Shown: positions 1 through 10,319, counted from the stretch's first letter. The stretch is DNA of 64,000 nt from an uncultured Verrucomicrobiae bacterium (GCA_963765205.1 CAVXVB010000004.1:207266-271265), one strand, 5' to 3'. Translations and numbers: made by a program. The notes: generated from the letters alone by a model not told the origin.

Positions 1-336
1 GGTTAGGGAGAATTGTGGGTTGGGGGTGGGGCGGGCACTCAGGCGCGGGGCCAAGCGAACCCGCCGAAATTGAGGGGAAAGAGGCAAACGGCTAATACAG
101 GCCGCCCGCGCCGGGCGCAAGCGGGAAAGAAGCAGATTGTTTTTGGGCGCTCATACGCTGGCGCAAAAATATCATTGTTTGACAGCCGCGGCGCGCGTGC
201 GGGTTGGCGGTGGAACGTTTTATGCTGACTTGCCAATCTCGCCATTGACTTTCGGGAGTTTGTAAGGATATTGAAAGGCGCGCGATAATGGTTTAGGATT
301 CTACACTAGAGGACGCCATCGGCCCTCCCCCACCCT

Positions 337-1269
337 ATGGACTCCGAATTTCTCGATGATCCTCCGCCTGCCCCGCCGCCATCCGGTTGGGCGGCTTGGC
401 GCGTTTTGGTCTGGGCTGCGTTGACCCTTTTCCTCTACAACAGTTGGGCAGTCGCGTGGCACGGATGGACAAGCGTGCTGGCTTACGAGGTGCCGAGCCA
501 CACCGCGCTCGCCGCCGGGCATTGGTGGACACTGCTTGCTTATGCGTTAACCGGGGCGGGCACCAGTTTGCCCACGCAGTGGGTGGCCGGGCCACTGAGC
601 ATTTTTTTCCTGCTGATCGTGGCGCAACTGACCGAGGCCGAAATGTCGCGACGAGATTTTGTCTGGCTGTGCGTGGCGTGCGCGCTCGGCGGCGCGGCCT
701 GCTGGCTGCCGCTGCATTGGGCGGGGGATGAGCGGCTGCTCTCAGGCTGCATGGTGCTGGTGCCCGGGCTGCTGTCGTTCTGGTGTTTTGCGATGCCGGA
801 CGAGGCGCTGCCGTTGCGGTTGTTTTTCACTTTTGACGTGCGCCCGCAGGCGTTTTTCTGGCTGGTGCTGGCGCTCGAAACAGGCGCCTTTCTGAGCTTC
901 GAACTGCCACAGGCGCTGGGCCACGCGGGAGCCTTCCACTCGAATTTTGACAACTCCGCCCATCTCGGCGCAATGATTGCGGGTTGGGCTTTTGCGTGCG
1001 TGTGGCGGCGCAGCCTCGAAATCAGCGAACTGCCCGCGCCGGCGGAAAAGGTTTCGCCCCCGGCCAACGTATTGCCCGTCGGCGCCCGGCGCGCCGCGGC
1101 GGTGGAAGCGGCCCACGCCGCGCCCACCCGCCCGGTCCCCGTCAGCCGCCGCGAATTGCGCGAGGAAGTAGACCGCATCCTCGACAAAATCAATCGCCAG
1201 GGCTTCGGGGCGCTCAACATCCAGGAGAAGCAGACCCTCGACCGCGCGCGGAATTTGATGAAGAAGTAG
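337..1269 (+). CDS. Rhomboid-family membrane protein with C-terminal DUF6576-like domain, possibly catalytically inactive
   Basis: Multiple TM segments, AHLGAMIAG His motif, C-terminal EVDRILDKINRQGFGAL motif; the GxSG motif appears replaced by SGCM. Confidence 0.8.
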   Translation: MDSEFLDDPPPAPPPSGWAAWRVLVWAALTLFLYNSWAVAWHGWTSVLAYEVPSHTALAAGHWWTLLAYALTGAGTSLPTQWVAGPLSIFFLLIVAQLTEAEMSRRDFVWLCVACALGGAACWLPLHWAGDERLLSGCMVLVPGLLSFWCFAMPDEALPLRLFFTFDVRPQAFFWLVLALETGAFLSFELPQALGHAGAFHSNFDNSAHLGAMIAGWAFACVWRRSLEISELPAPAEKVSPPANVLPVGARRAAAVEAAHAAPTRPVPVSRRELREEVDRILDKINRQGFGALNIQEKQTLDRARNLMKK

Positions 1270-1277
1270 GGAGATAC

Positions 1278-1361
1278 CTGAGTGCTAATTTCTGAGTGCT
1301 GATTTCGGGCAAGCGAATTTCCAAACTGAAATCGGCTGGCTTTTATTCAGCATTCAGAAAT
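1278..1361. repeat. Inverted heptamer-array element (ctgagtg / ttcagca) between convergent genes
   Basis: Left ctgagtg-ctaattt-ctgagtg-ctgattt; right ttcagca-ttcagaa. Confidence 0.7.
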
Positions 1362-2600
1362 GCCGCTGTCCGCCATTGCCTCCACCGCCAGCACATTCAG
1401 CATCGCCTTTGGCACCAACGATGCCGGGTCGAGGTATTCGGGGCGCTTGGGCGCGACGGGGTCGTCGCTCCATTCGGAGGTGTGGGCGTTGCCGCCAGCG
1501 GGGCCGAGGCCGTCGAGCGTCGGCAGGTGCGGGGCAAGGAGATTGCCGTCACTCAAACCGCCGCGGCGTTCCGCAGCGACACACGCGCCAAGTGAAGCCG
1601 CCGCACGGAAATAAATATCAAACAGCCGGCGCGTGGCGGGGTTTTCCGGCCACGCCGGGGTGCGGCCGGTGATTTCCGCGTGCACTTGGCAACGAAAACC
1701 ATCGGACGCAGCGGCGATGGCACCTAGGGCGGTGAGGGTGAGGATGCGGTTTTCGGCTTCGCTCAAAACCGCCGGGTCGAAGGCGCGCAGTTCGCCGAGT
1801 GCTTCCGCTTCGTGGGGAACGCGATTGAGCGCTTCGCCTCCGCGGATAATGCCAACATTGGCGGTGCAGTCGCGGGCGGGGTCGGTCAACGCCTCGAGGT
1901 GAGAAACCAGGCGCGCGAGTTCGGCGATGGCGTTGGCCCCATCGGCGTGGCAACTGCCGGCGTGCGCGCCGCGGCCAGTGGCGGTGACGTGAAATTCCGC
2001 GCGGCCCTTGCGGGCGACGACGAGGTTGAATTCATTTTCCCGCCAGGCACCGGATTCGTAAATGAGCGCGGCGACGGCCCGGTCGCCGAAGCGGGCCAGC
2101 GCGGCGCGCGCGAAGTCGTCGCCCAGGGTTTCCTCGGCCGCGTTTAAGGCGACCACCCAACTGAAGTGCTCAAGTAATTCCGGGGCTGCGGCGCGCAGCG
2201 CGCTAAGTTGCAACCAGAGCAGCGCGGTGCCGCCTTTGATGTCCACCACGCCGGGACCATAAATGCGGCCTTCCGCTTCCCGCCAGCGGAACTGGTGCCG
2301 CGCTTCCTCGGCGGGTGGGAATACGGTGTCGAGGTGGGAGACGCACAACAGCGTGGCGCGCGTGCGGCCGGGACGGCGCAGAAAAAGATGGTCGCCGCCG
2401 TGTCGGTCCGCACCGGGCAAGAACTCGGCGGAGAAATCAAGCGGGGCGAAAGTGGCGGCCGTTGAGCGGGCGAGGGTGTTGACGCCGTCGCGATGGCGCG
2501 TGTAGCTATTGATGCCGACCCATGCGCGCAGATGGGCCAACGCGGCCGGCAGGTCGCGGGTCAGCGCGGCGCGGAGATCGTGAACGGGAACAGGCGGCAT
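1347..2600 (-). CDS. M20/M25/M40 family metallopeptidase (glutamate carboxypeptidase-like)
   Basis: SHLDTV, DIKGG, AAEE, GRGAHAG and GGNAHT motifs; start trimmed to MPPVPV. Confidence 0.85.
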   Translation of the reverse strand: MPPVPVHDLRAALTRDLPAALAHLRAWVGINSYTRHRDGVNTLARSTAATFAPLDFSAEFLPGADRHGGDHLFLRRPGRTRATLLCVSHLDTVFPPAEEARHQFRWREAEGRIYGPGVVDIKGGTALLWLQLSALRAAAPELLEHFSWVVALNAAEETLGDDFARAALARFGDRAVAALIYESGAWRENEFNLVVARKGRAEFHVTATGRGAHAGSCHADGANAIAELARLVSHLEALTDPARDCTANVGIIRGGEALNRVPHEAEALGELRAFDPAVLSEAENRILTLTALGAIAAASDGFRCQVHAEITGRTPAWPENPATRRLFDIYFRAAASLGACVAAERRGGLSDGNLLAPHLPTLDGLGPAGGNAHTSEWSDDPVAPKRPEYLDPASLVPKAMLNVLAVEAMADSGISEC

Positions 2601-2610
2601 GGGGTGAATC

Positions 2611-2726
2611 CTGATTGCGGATTTCTGAATGCTGAATGAAGAACCCAATTGGCTGAATGCAAAATTTAGCCATCAGCTTTCGATGTTTAGGATTCAGAAC
2701 TCAGAATTCAGCATTCAGAAATCAGC
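2611..2726. repeat. Inverted heptamer-array element (ctgaatg / cattcag)
   Basis: Left tctgaat-gctgaat; right attcaga-actcaga-attcagc-attcaga-aatcagc. Confidence 0.8.
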
Positions 2727-3849
2727 CTTTCATTCCGCGCGACCGAATCTTGTCCACGCCGACAGCGAGAACGATGACGACGCCGATGATGATTTCCTGG
2801 ATGTAGGTGGGCCAGCTCATCTGGACGGTGCCGCTTCGCAGGGAGGTCATCGTGAGCGCGCCAATGATCGCTCCCCAGATGCTGCCGACTCCGCCGTTAA
2901 GGCTGGCGCCGCCAATAACGACAGCGGCGATGACATCCAGTTCGAGGCCCTGGCCAACGGTGACGTCGCCTTGGCTCAGGCGGGCGAGGTCGAAGACGCC
3001 GGCGAGGCCAATGAAGAATCCTGCAAAGGTGTAAACGAGGACTTTAAGCGTGCGGGTGCGCAGGCCGCAGAGGCGCGCGGTGTCTTCATTCGAGCCAAGG
3101 GCAAATATGTGGCGGCCAAACACGCTGCGGTTCAAAACGATGGACATGAGGATGGTAAGCGTGAGTAGGATGATCACACCGATGGGAGGGATCCAGAACG
3201 GAATGGCCAAATCGCCCGGGTGCTGTCGGTCCGGCCCCATGCAATGGCTGAGGAGATTGAAGAGCCAGTCGGGGATGACGGCGGGGAGGCTGAGGCCGGT
3301 TTCGCCGGGCTTCCACCACGCCGGAGCGCCGGCGGCGTGGAGGGAATATGGATTGTTCATCAAGGCGTTGACGCCTTCGACACGCGCAAGGTTGTAATTG
3401 ACGGTTTGGTTGTCACCAATCCATTTCGCGAGGCCGCGCATCGCACCCATGGCCCCGAGAGTGACGATAAAGGGCATCATTTTGAATCGCGCAATGATGG
3501 TCCCGTTGACCGCGCCGACCAGCCCGCCGACGGCCACGGCGGCCGCGACGGCGACCCAGGATGAATGTCCGGCCCGCAAGAGCACCGCCGCGATGACGCC
3601 CGTGAGCGCGACCACTGAGCCGGCGCTCAAATCAATCCCGCCGGAGACGATGATCATGGTCATGCCCAAGGTGCCGGTGGCAACAACGGTGGTTTGCGTG
3701 ATGATGAGGCCGATGGTATCCGGCGACAGAAAATTCGCCTGGGAGTGCCCGTAGATCATCCCCTCAAAGAGCACCAGGACGAAGGTCAAGCCGAAGAGCG
3801 GCCCGAGCAGGGGATAGCGTTTCATCCAGGAGAGGCGGGGAGCGGACAT
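2722..3849 (-). CDS. Ribose/xylose-type sugar ABC transporter permease
   Basis: GGIDLSAGS, FGRHIFALGSNE and ELDVIAAVVIGG motifs (BPD_transp_2). Confidence 0.92.
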   Translation of the reverse strand: MSAPRLSWMKRYPLLGPLFGLTFVLVLFEGMIYGHSQANFLSPDTIGLIITQTTVVATGTLGMTMIIVSGGIDLSAGSVVALTGVIAAVLLRAGHSSWVAVAAAVAVGGLVGAVNGTIIARFKMMPFIVTLGAMGAMRGLAKWIGDNQTVNYNLARVEGVNALMNNPYSLHAAGAPAWWKPGETGLSLPAVIPDWLFNLLSHCMGPDRQHPGDLAIPFWIPPIGVIILLTLTILMSIVLNRSVFGRHIFALGSNEDTARLCGLRTRTLKVLVYTFAGFFIGLAGVFDLARLSQGDVTVGQGLELDVIAAVVIGGASLNGGVGSIWGAIIGALTMTSLRSGTVQMSWPTYIQEIIIGVVIVLAVGVDKIRSRGMKG

Positions 3850-3856
3850 GGGAGGG

Positions 3857-3982
3857 GAATTAAGAAATATGAGTTAAGAATTAAGAAGTAAAGCCGAGGG
3901 CAAAGCAGGCGCAAATTCGAGTTTTGAGTTTCGAGTTGGGGGTAAAGAATCTGAAATTTTAAATCTGAAATTTCAGATTTCG
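3857..3982. repeat. Compound heptamer arrays (gaattaa; tttcgag; atctgaa/ttcagat)
   Basis: Three different 7-mer families in one intergenic gap inside the ABC operon. Confidence 0.75.
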
Positions 3983-4018
3983 GAAAATGCGGGGGTAAAA
4001 CATCGGGAATGCAACGAG

Positions 4019-5530
4019 TTAATTATTCTGCTCGTTGGGTTCGGTCGCGTCGCGGCCCAGCGCGGCGGTGAGCAGACTGTGCTCGGTCCATTCCTCCCGC
4101 GGGTGCATGGCGACCAGTTCGCCGCGGCACATGACGCCGATGGTGTCGCACATGCCAAGCAACTCGGGCAAATAGGAACTAACCATGACGATGGCTTTGC
4201 CGGCCAGGGCAGTGTCAAGCATTTGGCGATACAGCACGGCCTTGGCGCCGACATCAATGCCGCGCGTCGGCTCATCAAGCAAAAACACGTCGGCCTGCTG
4301 GTGGAGCAGACGGCCAAAGGCGATTTTTTGCTGATTCCCGCCGGACAGGGTGCCGACCAGCTGGCGCGCGGATTGCGCGCGCACATCGAGGCGCTGAATG
4401 AGGTCGCGCGCGACGGCGAGTTGCTTTGTGCGAGAGACAAAGCCGCCTTTGGCGAGCACGTCAAGGCGCGAGAGCGTGAGATTGTCCGCGAGATCGCGGT
4501 TGAGCAGGAGGCCTTCCTCCTTGCGATTTTCGGACAGCAACCCAAGGCCAGCGGCGAGGCTGCGGCCCGGCGCGCCAAGCGCCAGCGTCTTTCCTTCCAC
4601 CACGACCTTGCCTGCGGCGGCCTGATCCAAGCCGAAAATGGAGCGCAAAATCTCCGTGCGGCCGGAGCCGATGAGGCCAGCGAGGCCAAAAATTTCTCCG
4701 CGGCGGACCGCGAAGGAAACACCCTGTGGCTTGCCATGCGGGCCATCCAAGCCTTGGACGGTGAGCAGGGGTTCGCCGAGCGGGCGCGGCGCGCGGGGAT
4801 AAAGTTCAGTCACTTCTCGGCCGACCATAAGGCGGATGATGCCCGCGTCGTCAATCCGGCTAAGTTTGCCGCCACCCACCGATTTGCCGTCGCGCAGGAC
4901 AAGGTAACTTTTGGCGACGGCGCGACATTCTTCGAGGAAGTGGCTGATGTAGATGAGGGCGACGCCCTGCTCCGCAAGTCGGGCGATGATACCAAAGAGG
5001 GTTTCGACATCGTGGCTGCCCAGGCTGCTGGTCGGCTCGTCGAGGATGACAACGCGCGCGCCGCTGGCGCAGGCCCGGGCGATCTCGACAATCTGTTGCT
5101 CGGCGATGGAGAGGGCGCGCACCGGCACATTGAGCGGCAGGTGCGGGTGGTTGACCATCGCCAGAGCCTTTTGCGCGAGTTCGCGGCGCCGGCGGCGGTT
5201 GATGAAGCCGCCGCGGGCCGGTTCGCGCCCAAGAAGGAGATTTTCCTCCGCATTCAGGTGCGGCGCGAGCGTCAACTCTTGATATATCATCGCGACGCCG
5301 GCATCGCTGGATTGGCGCGGCTCGCGCGGGGCGAAGGGATGGCCGTCCAGCTCCATCAAGCCCTGGTCCGGGGCGTGCGCGCCGGAAATGACCTTCATCA
5401 GCGTGCTCTTGCCCGCGCCATTTTCGCCGATGACGGCGAGCACTTCCCCAGCCCGCGCCTCAAGATCCACGCCGGCGAGGGCGCGGGTGGCGCCGAAGCT
5501 TTTTTCGATGCCGCGCAGCCGCAGGCGCAT
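4019..5530 (-). CDS. Sugar ABC transporter ATP-binding protein (RbsA-like, two ABC domains)
   Basis: GENGAGKST, LDEPT, LSGGNQQK and DEPTRGIDVGAK motifs. Confidence 0.95.
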   Translation of the reverse strand: MRLRLRGIEKSFGATRALAGVDLEARAGEVLAVIGENGAGKSTLMKVISGAHAPDQGLMELDGHPFAPREPRQSSDAGVAMIYQELTLAPHLNAEENLLLGREPARGGFINRRRRRELAQKALAMVNHPHLPLNVPVRALSIAEQQIVEIARACASGARVVILDEPTSSLGSHDVETLFGIIARLAEQGVALIYISHFLEECRAVAKSYLVLRDGKSVGGGKLSRIDDAGIIRLMVGREVTELYPRAPRPLGEPLLTVQGLDGPHGKPQGVSFAVRRGEIFGLAGLIGSGRTEILRSIFGLDQAAAGKVVVEGKTLALGAPGRSLAAGLGLLSENRKEEGLLLNRDLADNLTLSRLDVLAKGGFVSRTKQLAVARDLIQRLDVRAQSARQLVGTLSGGNQQKIAFGRLLHQQADVFLLDEPTRGIDVGAKAVLYRQMLDTALAGKAIVMVSSYLPELLGMCDTIGVMCRGELVAMHPREEWTEHSLLTAALGRDATEPNEQNN

Positions 5531-5544
5531 GGGGGGGTGGGGAT

Positions 5545-6645
5545 TTATTGCTGGACGGTATTGTCGAGCAGGGCTTTGATGGCAGGGTCGGTTTGGTTGT
5601 CCTTGCGCAGGACGACGGTGCCGGTGTCCACGTTGGCGGGGACGTTCAGACCGGCGAGGTGGGCGAGCATGGTTTTGACGCCGAGGTAACCCATTTGGTA
5701 GGGATACTGGAGGACGATGGCGCCGAGTTCGCCGTTTTGGAGGCCGGCCATGTTGGCTTTGTCACCGTCGAAGCCGACGAATTTGACTTTGCCGGCGAGT
5801 TTGACGTTTTCAAGAGCGAGCAACATACCGTTGGTGCTGGGTTCATTAGGCTCGAAGATGCCGTCCACCTGGCCCTTAAAAGTGTTGAGGAGGTCGCCGC
5901 CCTTGGAAAGGGAATCGGACGCATCACCACCACCGCCCGCGTAATTGTCGGATGAGAGGACTTTAAGGCCGGGATGTTTTTTAACTTCGTCAAGAAAGCC
6001 ATCTTCGCGGTCGTTGGTGCTGGCGGAGCCGGCCAGGAAGCGCATCATAATGACGTTGCCTTTGTCGCCGAGTTCCTTGGCGAGTTCCTGTCCGGCGAGG
6101 ATGCCGGCGCTGCGGTTGTTGGTGCCAACGAAGGCGACAATGTCCTGGTAGTCGAGTGCGGAGTCCACGATGACGAGAGGGATGCCGGCATGGCGGGCTT
6201 TGTCGGCCGGAGTGACGAGGGCCTTAAAGTCCATCGGCGCCAGGATGATGCCGTCGAGCTTTTGGGCGATGTAAGTTTCGACGAGCGCGACTTGGGCCGG
6301 GCGGTCGGATTCGTTGGGCGGGCCGTTCCAATCCACCGTGAGGTTGATGCCAGCGGCTTGCGCCTCTTCTTGGGCGACATCCAGACCCTTTTTCACGGAT
6401 TTCCAGTAAACATTTTCCATGCCTTTGGGTATGAAGGCCAGGTGAATGGTCTTGCCCTTGAGGGAGGAAAGATCGGCCTTGGCCGGATCCACAGTCGGGC
6501 CGGCAGGCGTGGCCGACGGTGCGGGCGCGGCTGACGAGGCGGCGGACGAGCCATTGGATGAATTCGATTGGCCGCAGGCGGCCAAGAGCAAAGCCAAGGC
6601 GGCCAGCAGCGTGGAGCGGAAACGGAACGAAGCAGGGGATTTCAT
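5545..6645 (-). CDS. Sugar ABC transporter substrate-binding lipoprotein (RbsB-like)
   Basis: Lipobox LAAC; Peripla_BP_4 features (YWKSV, VGTNN, REDGF, VGFD); start at MKSPAS. Confidence 0.9.
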   Translation of the reverse strand: MKSPASFRFRSTLLAALALLLAACGQSNSSNGSSAASSAAPAPSATPAGPTVDPAKADLSSLKGKTIHLAFIPKGMENVYWKSVKKGLDVAQEEAQAAGINLTVDWNGPPNESDRPAQVALVETYIAQKLDGIILAPMDFKALVTPADKARHAGIPLVIVDSALDYQDIVAFVGTNNRSAGILAGQELAKELGDKGNVIMMRFLAGSASTNDREDGFLDEVKKHPGLKVLSSDNYAGGGGDASDSLSKGGDLLNTFKGQVDGIFEPNEPSTNGMLLALENVKLAGKVKFVGFDGDKANMAGLQNGELGAIVLQYPYQMGYLGVKTMLAHLAGLNVPANVDTGTVVLRKDNQTDPAIKALLDNTVQQ

Positions 6646-6760
6646 GGGGTAAAGAAAGGGGTGGGCGGAAGGGGCCTGCACGGGTGAGCCACGTATGAGG
6701 CCACACGCGCCGCGAGGTGTCAAACCCTTAGCCACACGACTCCTCCCGGTGCAAAACTGG

Positions 6761-7069
6761 TTACGGTTTGTCGTCCACCGGCTTGTTGCGCTCGGCCTGC
6801 CAGCGGGCGCGCTGCCAGCGCATCGAGAAAAAGTCCCAGCCATCGGCGATGAGGCGCGCCGAGCCAACCAAACAATACAGCAGGACCACCAAGGCAGCGG
6901 CCAGCGCCCAGAACATGAAGGCCGGCGAACCCAGAGCAACAACCGAGCAAACGGCCACGGCGGAAACAATCACTGTGTAACGCAGCCGCCGCACTTCGAG
7001 GCGCACCTTGCGCACTTGCCGCGCAACTTCCTCATATTCCGGGGGCATGGGAGGTGGGGGCGGGGGCAT
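6761..7069 (-). CDS. Small membrane protein (coiled coil plus 2 TM)
   Basis: ORF with QVRKVRLEVRR followed by two hydrophobic segments; same layout as its neighbour. Confidence 0.55.
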   Translation of the reverse strand: MPPPPPPMPPEYEEVARQVRKVRLEVRRLRYTVIVSAVAVCSVVALGSPAFMFWALAAALVVLLYCLVGSARLIADGWDFFSMRWQRARWQAERNKPVDDKP

Positions 7070-7097
7070 ATTGGAAAAGGGGTTCGGGATGGTGGTC

Positions 7098-7337
7098 TTA
7101 CTTAATGTCTTCGACCGGGGGCCTGGGCGGCTTCGGAAACGAAGCCATCCGGCCGACAGCGTGCAGCACTTCAGCCATCAAACCAATGAACGCCACGACG
7201 ATGATTGCGCCAAAGCCCAGCCACGGGAAAAGAGCCAAGCCCAGCAGGGCCATGATCATAATCTCGCGCTGCTGCCGAAGTTCCTTCCGCAGCTCGCGCA
7301 CCTGGGTGATCAGTTCCTGGGATTCGAGGTTTGTCAT
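7098..7337 (-). CDS. Small membrane protein (coiled coil plus 2 TM)
   Basis: MTNLESQELITQVRELRKELRQQ followed by two hydrophobic segments. Confidence 0.55.
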   Translation of the reverse strand: MTNLESQELITQVRELRKELRQQREIMIMALLGLALFPWLGFGAIIVVAFIGLMAEVLHAVGRMASFPKPPRPPVEDIK

Positions 7338-7431
7338 GGAGGTAACATAGACCGACCACCTAACGCCGCAAGCCATAATTCTTCATCTTTGCCCATGCAT
7401 CCTTGCGGCTGAGGTGGATGGGGAAGCCCCA

Positions 7432-9792
7432 TCAGGGAGCAACGTGGTCGCGCGCCCGGCAAAGGGACCGCAGAAACAAACCCGACCAGACCAGCGCCGC
7501 CAAAAGAGAAATCAGGAGGCCATGGCGAAACGACGGCGGCGCGTATTCGACGAGTAAATGGTGATGCCCGGCGGCAAGGGGAATCGCGCGGACGATGTAA
7601 TCCGCCGGGAGTATTTCATAGCTGGCCTGCGCACTGCCCGGCAGCGCGCGGGCGCACCAGTCGCGGCTATACAGATCGGTGATGAGCAGCAGGGCGGGCG
7701 CGGGCGTGTCCGCCTCAATGGTCAGCGAATCGCTGGTCGAATCGGTCAGGCGGGCGGCGCCGGGCGGGGCCTGCGGTTGGGGACGTGGAACAGGCTCGCT
7801 TTCGAGGAGCACGGTTTTACGCGCATCGAAGTCCGCTTTCATCAGAGCCGCCAGAATGGCGGCGCGCCCGGACAGCACCTGGTAATTCGAGACCAGCAGC
7901 ACATGGGGCAGCACCGCGGGCGTCTCGATGATTTGATAATACCCTGTCTGCGGCCAGAAGGCCACGCGCAGCCGCAGCAGGGCGTAAATCGGCGGCAAGG
8001 AAAAGAACGAGGTGAATTCCGGCGGCTGGTCGGGATCCTGGCCCTGGCTAAAATTGATGAACTCGGCATAACGCTTCAATCCGGTTGGGTTGGCGCCCCA
8101 GATATCGGATTTGCCAAGAAAATAGCCGTTGTTCGGCCACATGAAGTTGAGCACGCGGTAATCACCGGGTCGGGCCGCGAGGTAGGCGCTCACTTCCGCC
8201 GGCTCAGTAATAACCAGATTCTTGGCGTCAAGATTCTCATAGGCAAACCAACCCAGCTCCCCCAGCAGCAGCGCCACGGGCAGCCAGCGCCAGGGCGCCC
8301 AGCGCCGGGCCAGGAGCAAGCCGGCCGCCGCCAGCAGAAAAATCACGCCGGCCAGCGCCACCGCCTGCCCCGTTTGCACTCCGCAAGTGTGGATAAGTTG
8401 CGGGTCCGTGATGCTGGTTTCCTGAATGCCGTAGCTGGCTTGCCGGTTCTGCACGAATTGAAGCAACCCGGCAAAAAGCGAGGGCTGCCGCCAGATATCC
8501 ATACCCACGCCCACCGCCACAATCCCCGCCAGTAACAACACCCCGGCGAAAACCTTGCTCCCCGGCCGCCGGCGGATAAGGGCGTCGGCGCCAGCGCCGA
8601 TAATCAGCGCCCCGAAAAGCAGCACAGGGAAAACCAACCGCCCGGGAACCCGAAACTTGTCAAAGCCGGGAACATAATCATAGAAAAAACGCAGGAGCGG
8701 CGTTTGATCGCCGAGGGCCAGCAAAAACATCGGGAGCATGACCAGCAAGTCCGCCCACGCGCCGCGGCGGCGCTCCCGGTCCCCGAGGGCGAGTCCCGCC
8801 AGCGCCAGGCCGGCGGCCCCGGCAAAGGCGGACGACTCCCAAAGATAGCCGCGTCCCCAATAGGTGTGGTTGCTCAAATGGCCAAAAAAGCCCGGCGCAA
8901 AGAGCATCAGTAAATTCTCCACGGGAAAGGGAAAAGTGCGGACCAGGCTGAAATCCACTTTGCCCTGCCGGAAGCCCTCGGTCGCGGCCGCCAAACCAGG
9001 CAAAAGTTGCGCCGCCGCCATCGCCGCGCCGCCCAGGAAGACAGCTCCCGCGAGCGGCAAAGCGCGGCGGCGGATGGCGGGATCCAGCGCCGAATACACG
9101 AGCGCCTGCAGCCCGGCGGCGAAGGCCGTGTAAAAGACAAATTGCGGGTGTCCGCCCAAAATTTGCAGGCCAACGGCGGCCATCCCCAACAGCAGCGGTC
9201 GCAGAACCGGGCCGCGCCAGGCCTTTTCCAGCGCCAGAAAAATCCATGGCGCCCACGCCATGGTGCAGACCACGGATAGATGCCCGGCATACAAACGCGT
9301 AAAAACCGGCGCATTCAACACTACAAAGAATCCGCACAGCGCGCAGGCGGCCGGACGGTAGCCGTGCCACTTCGCCCAAAATCCCATCCCCCACCCCAAG
9401 ATTAACAGATGCAGCAGGAAGCAGAGGTTGACGGCCCGCGCGAGGGGCAAAAATATAAAAATGAGGTTGGGTGGATAAAGCTCCGCCGATTGAAAATCAC
9501 CCAGAAACGGCCCGCCCGAAAACGTGTAGGGATTCCACAACGGCAGATGGCCCCCTTGAATGCTCTCGGCGGCGAAGGCCCGCCAGGGGGCGAAGAGGCT
9601 CACCAGATCCACGCCCGACCCTGTCCCGGAAAGCACCAAATTCTCCGGCAGCGCAAAAACCAGCGCCACCACCACCGCCACACTCAGCAGGACGAGCAGC
9701 CGCAGCCTCTGGAAGGGAATTATTTCTGTCGGGCGCGCCGGGACGAACGTCTCACACAAGTCGGGCATGGGCGGGACGATGCCTACCATCAA
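7432..9792 (-). CDS. YfhO-like polytopic membrane protein (GT-C glycosyltransferase-like)
   Basis: GHLPLWNPYTFSGGPF N-terminal motif, PGFDKFRVPGR, C-terminal RAIPLAAGHHHL...Y.P. Confidence 0.8.
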   Translation of the reverse strand: MMVGIVPPMPDLCETFVPARPTEIIPFQRLRLLVLLSVAVVVALVFALPENLVLSGTGSGVDLVSLFAPWRAFAAESIQGGHLPLWNPYTFSGGPFLGDFQSAELYPPNLIFIFLPLARAVNLCFLLHLLILGWGMGFWAKWHGYRPAACALCGFFVVLNAPVFTRLYAGHLSVVCTMAWAPWIFLALEKAWRGPVLRPLLLGMAAVGLQILGGHPQFVFYTAFAAGLQALVYSALDPAIRRRALPLAGAVFLGGAAMAAAQLLPGLAAATEGFRQGKVDFSLVRTFPFPVENLLMLFAPGFFGHLSNHTYWGRGYLWESSAFAGAAGLALAGLALGDRERRRGAWADLLVMLPMFLLALGDQTPLLRFFYDYVPGFDKFRVPGRLVFPVLLFGALIIGAGADALIRRRPGSKVFAGVLLLAGIVAVGVGMDIWRQPSLFAGLLQFVQNRQASYGIQETSITDPQLIHTCGVQTGQAVALAGVIFLLAAAGLLLARRWAPWRWLPVALLLGELGWFAYENLDAKNLVITEPAEVSAYLAARPGDYRVLNFMWPNNGYFLGKSDIWGANPTGLKRYAEFINFSQGQDPDQPPEFTSFFSLPPIYALLRLRVAFWPQTGYYQIIETPAVLPHVLLVSNYQVLSGRAAILAALMKADFDARKTVLLESEPVPRPQPQAPPGAARLTDSTSDSLTIEADTPAPALLLITDLYSRDWCARALPGSAQASYEILPADYIVRAIPLAAGHHHLLVEYAPPSFRHGLLISLLAALVWSGLFLRSLCRARDHVAP

Positions 9793-9856
9793 ACCTTGGG
9801 GAAACTCAACTTATTATCGGCCAAGCGGGCGGTTGCTGGCGGAGCCGGCGGGGGGG

Positions 9857-10192
9857 TTACTTCATCTTCGCCAGTGCTTCCTCGCGGCTCGCGTAGATGG
9901 GGAAGATGCTGGTGAAGCCGGAAATTTCAAAAACCTGGCGGACGGTGGGCGCGAGCGAGGCCAGCGCAATGGCTCCACCGAGTTTTTTGAATAGTTTGGC
10001 GCCGGACAGGAGCACGCGCAGGCCCGCGCTGGAAATGTAATCGAGTTCCTTCACATCCACCAGCACCCTGGCCTGGCCTTTACCCGCGAGCGCATTCAAC
10101 TCGGTTTCGAGCTGGCCATGGGTGTTGATGTCCAGCCGGCCCTTGAGGCTGACTATGACAACGTTGTTGATGCTTTCGGTGCGGATTTCCAC
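9857..10192 (-). CDS. STAS-domain anti-sigma factor antagonist
   Basis: GRLD, LDYISSAGLRVLL, VFEISGF; GTG start gives a typical 111 aa. Confidence 0.88.
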   Translation of the reverse strand: MEIRTESINNVVIVSLKGRLDINTHGQLETELNALAGKGQARVLVDVKELDYISSAGLRVLLSGAKLFKKLGGAIALASLAPTVRQVFEISGFTSIFPIYASREEALAKMK

Positions 10193-10319
10193 GGCGGTGG
10201 GCGGCTGGGGTTGGGACGCGGAGGTCTTTTTCGCTGACGAGCGGGAGATTGGCAAGCGGAAAGGGAGGGGGGCGCAGGGGCAGAGGGCACAGGGCGAAGA
10301 ACGCAGGAATGCCCAAAAG

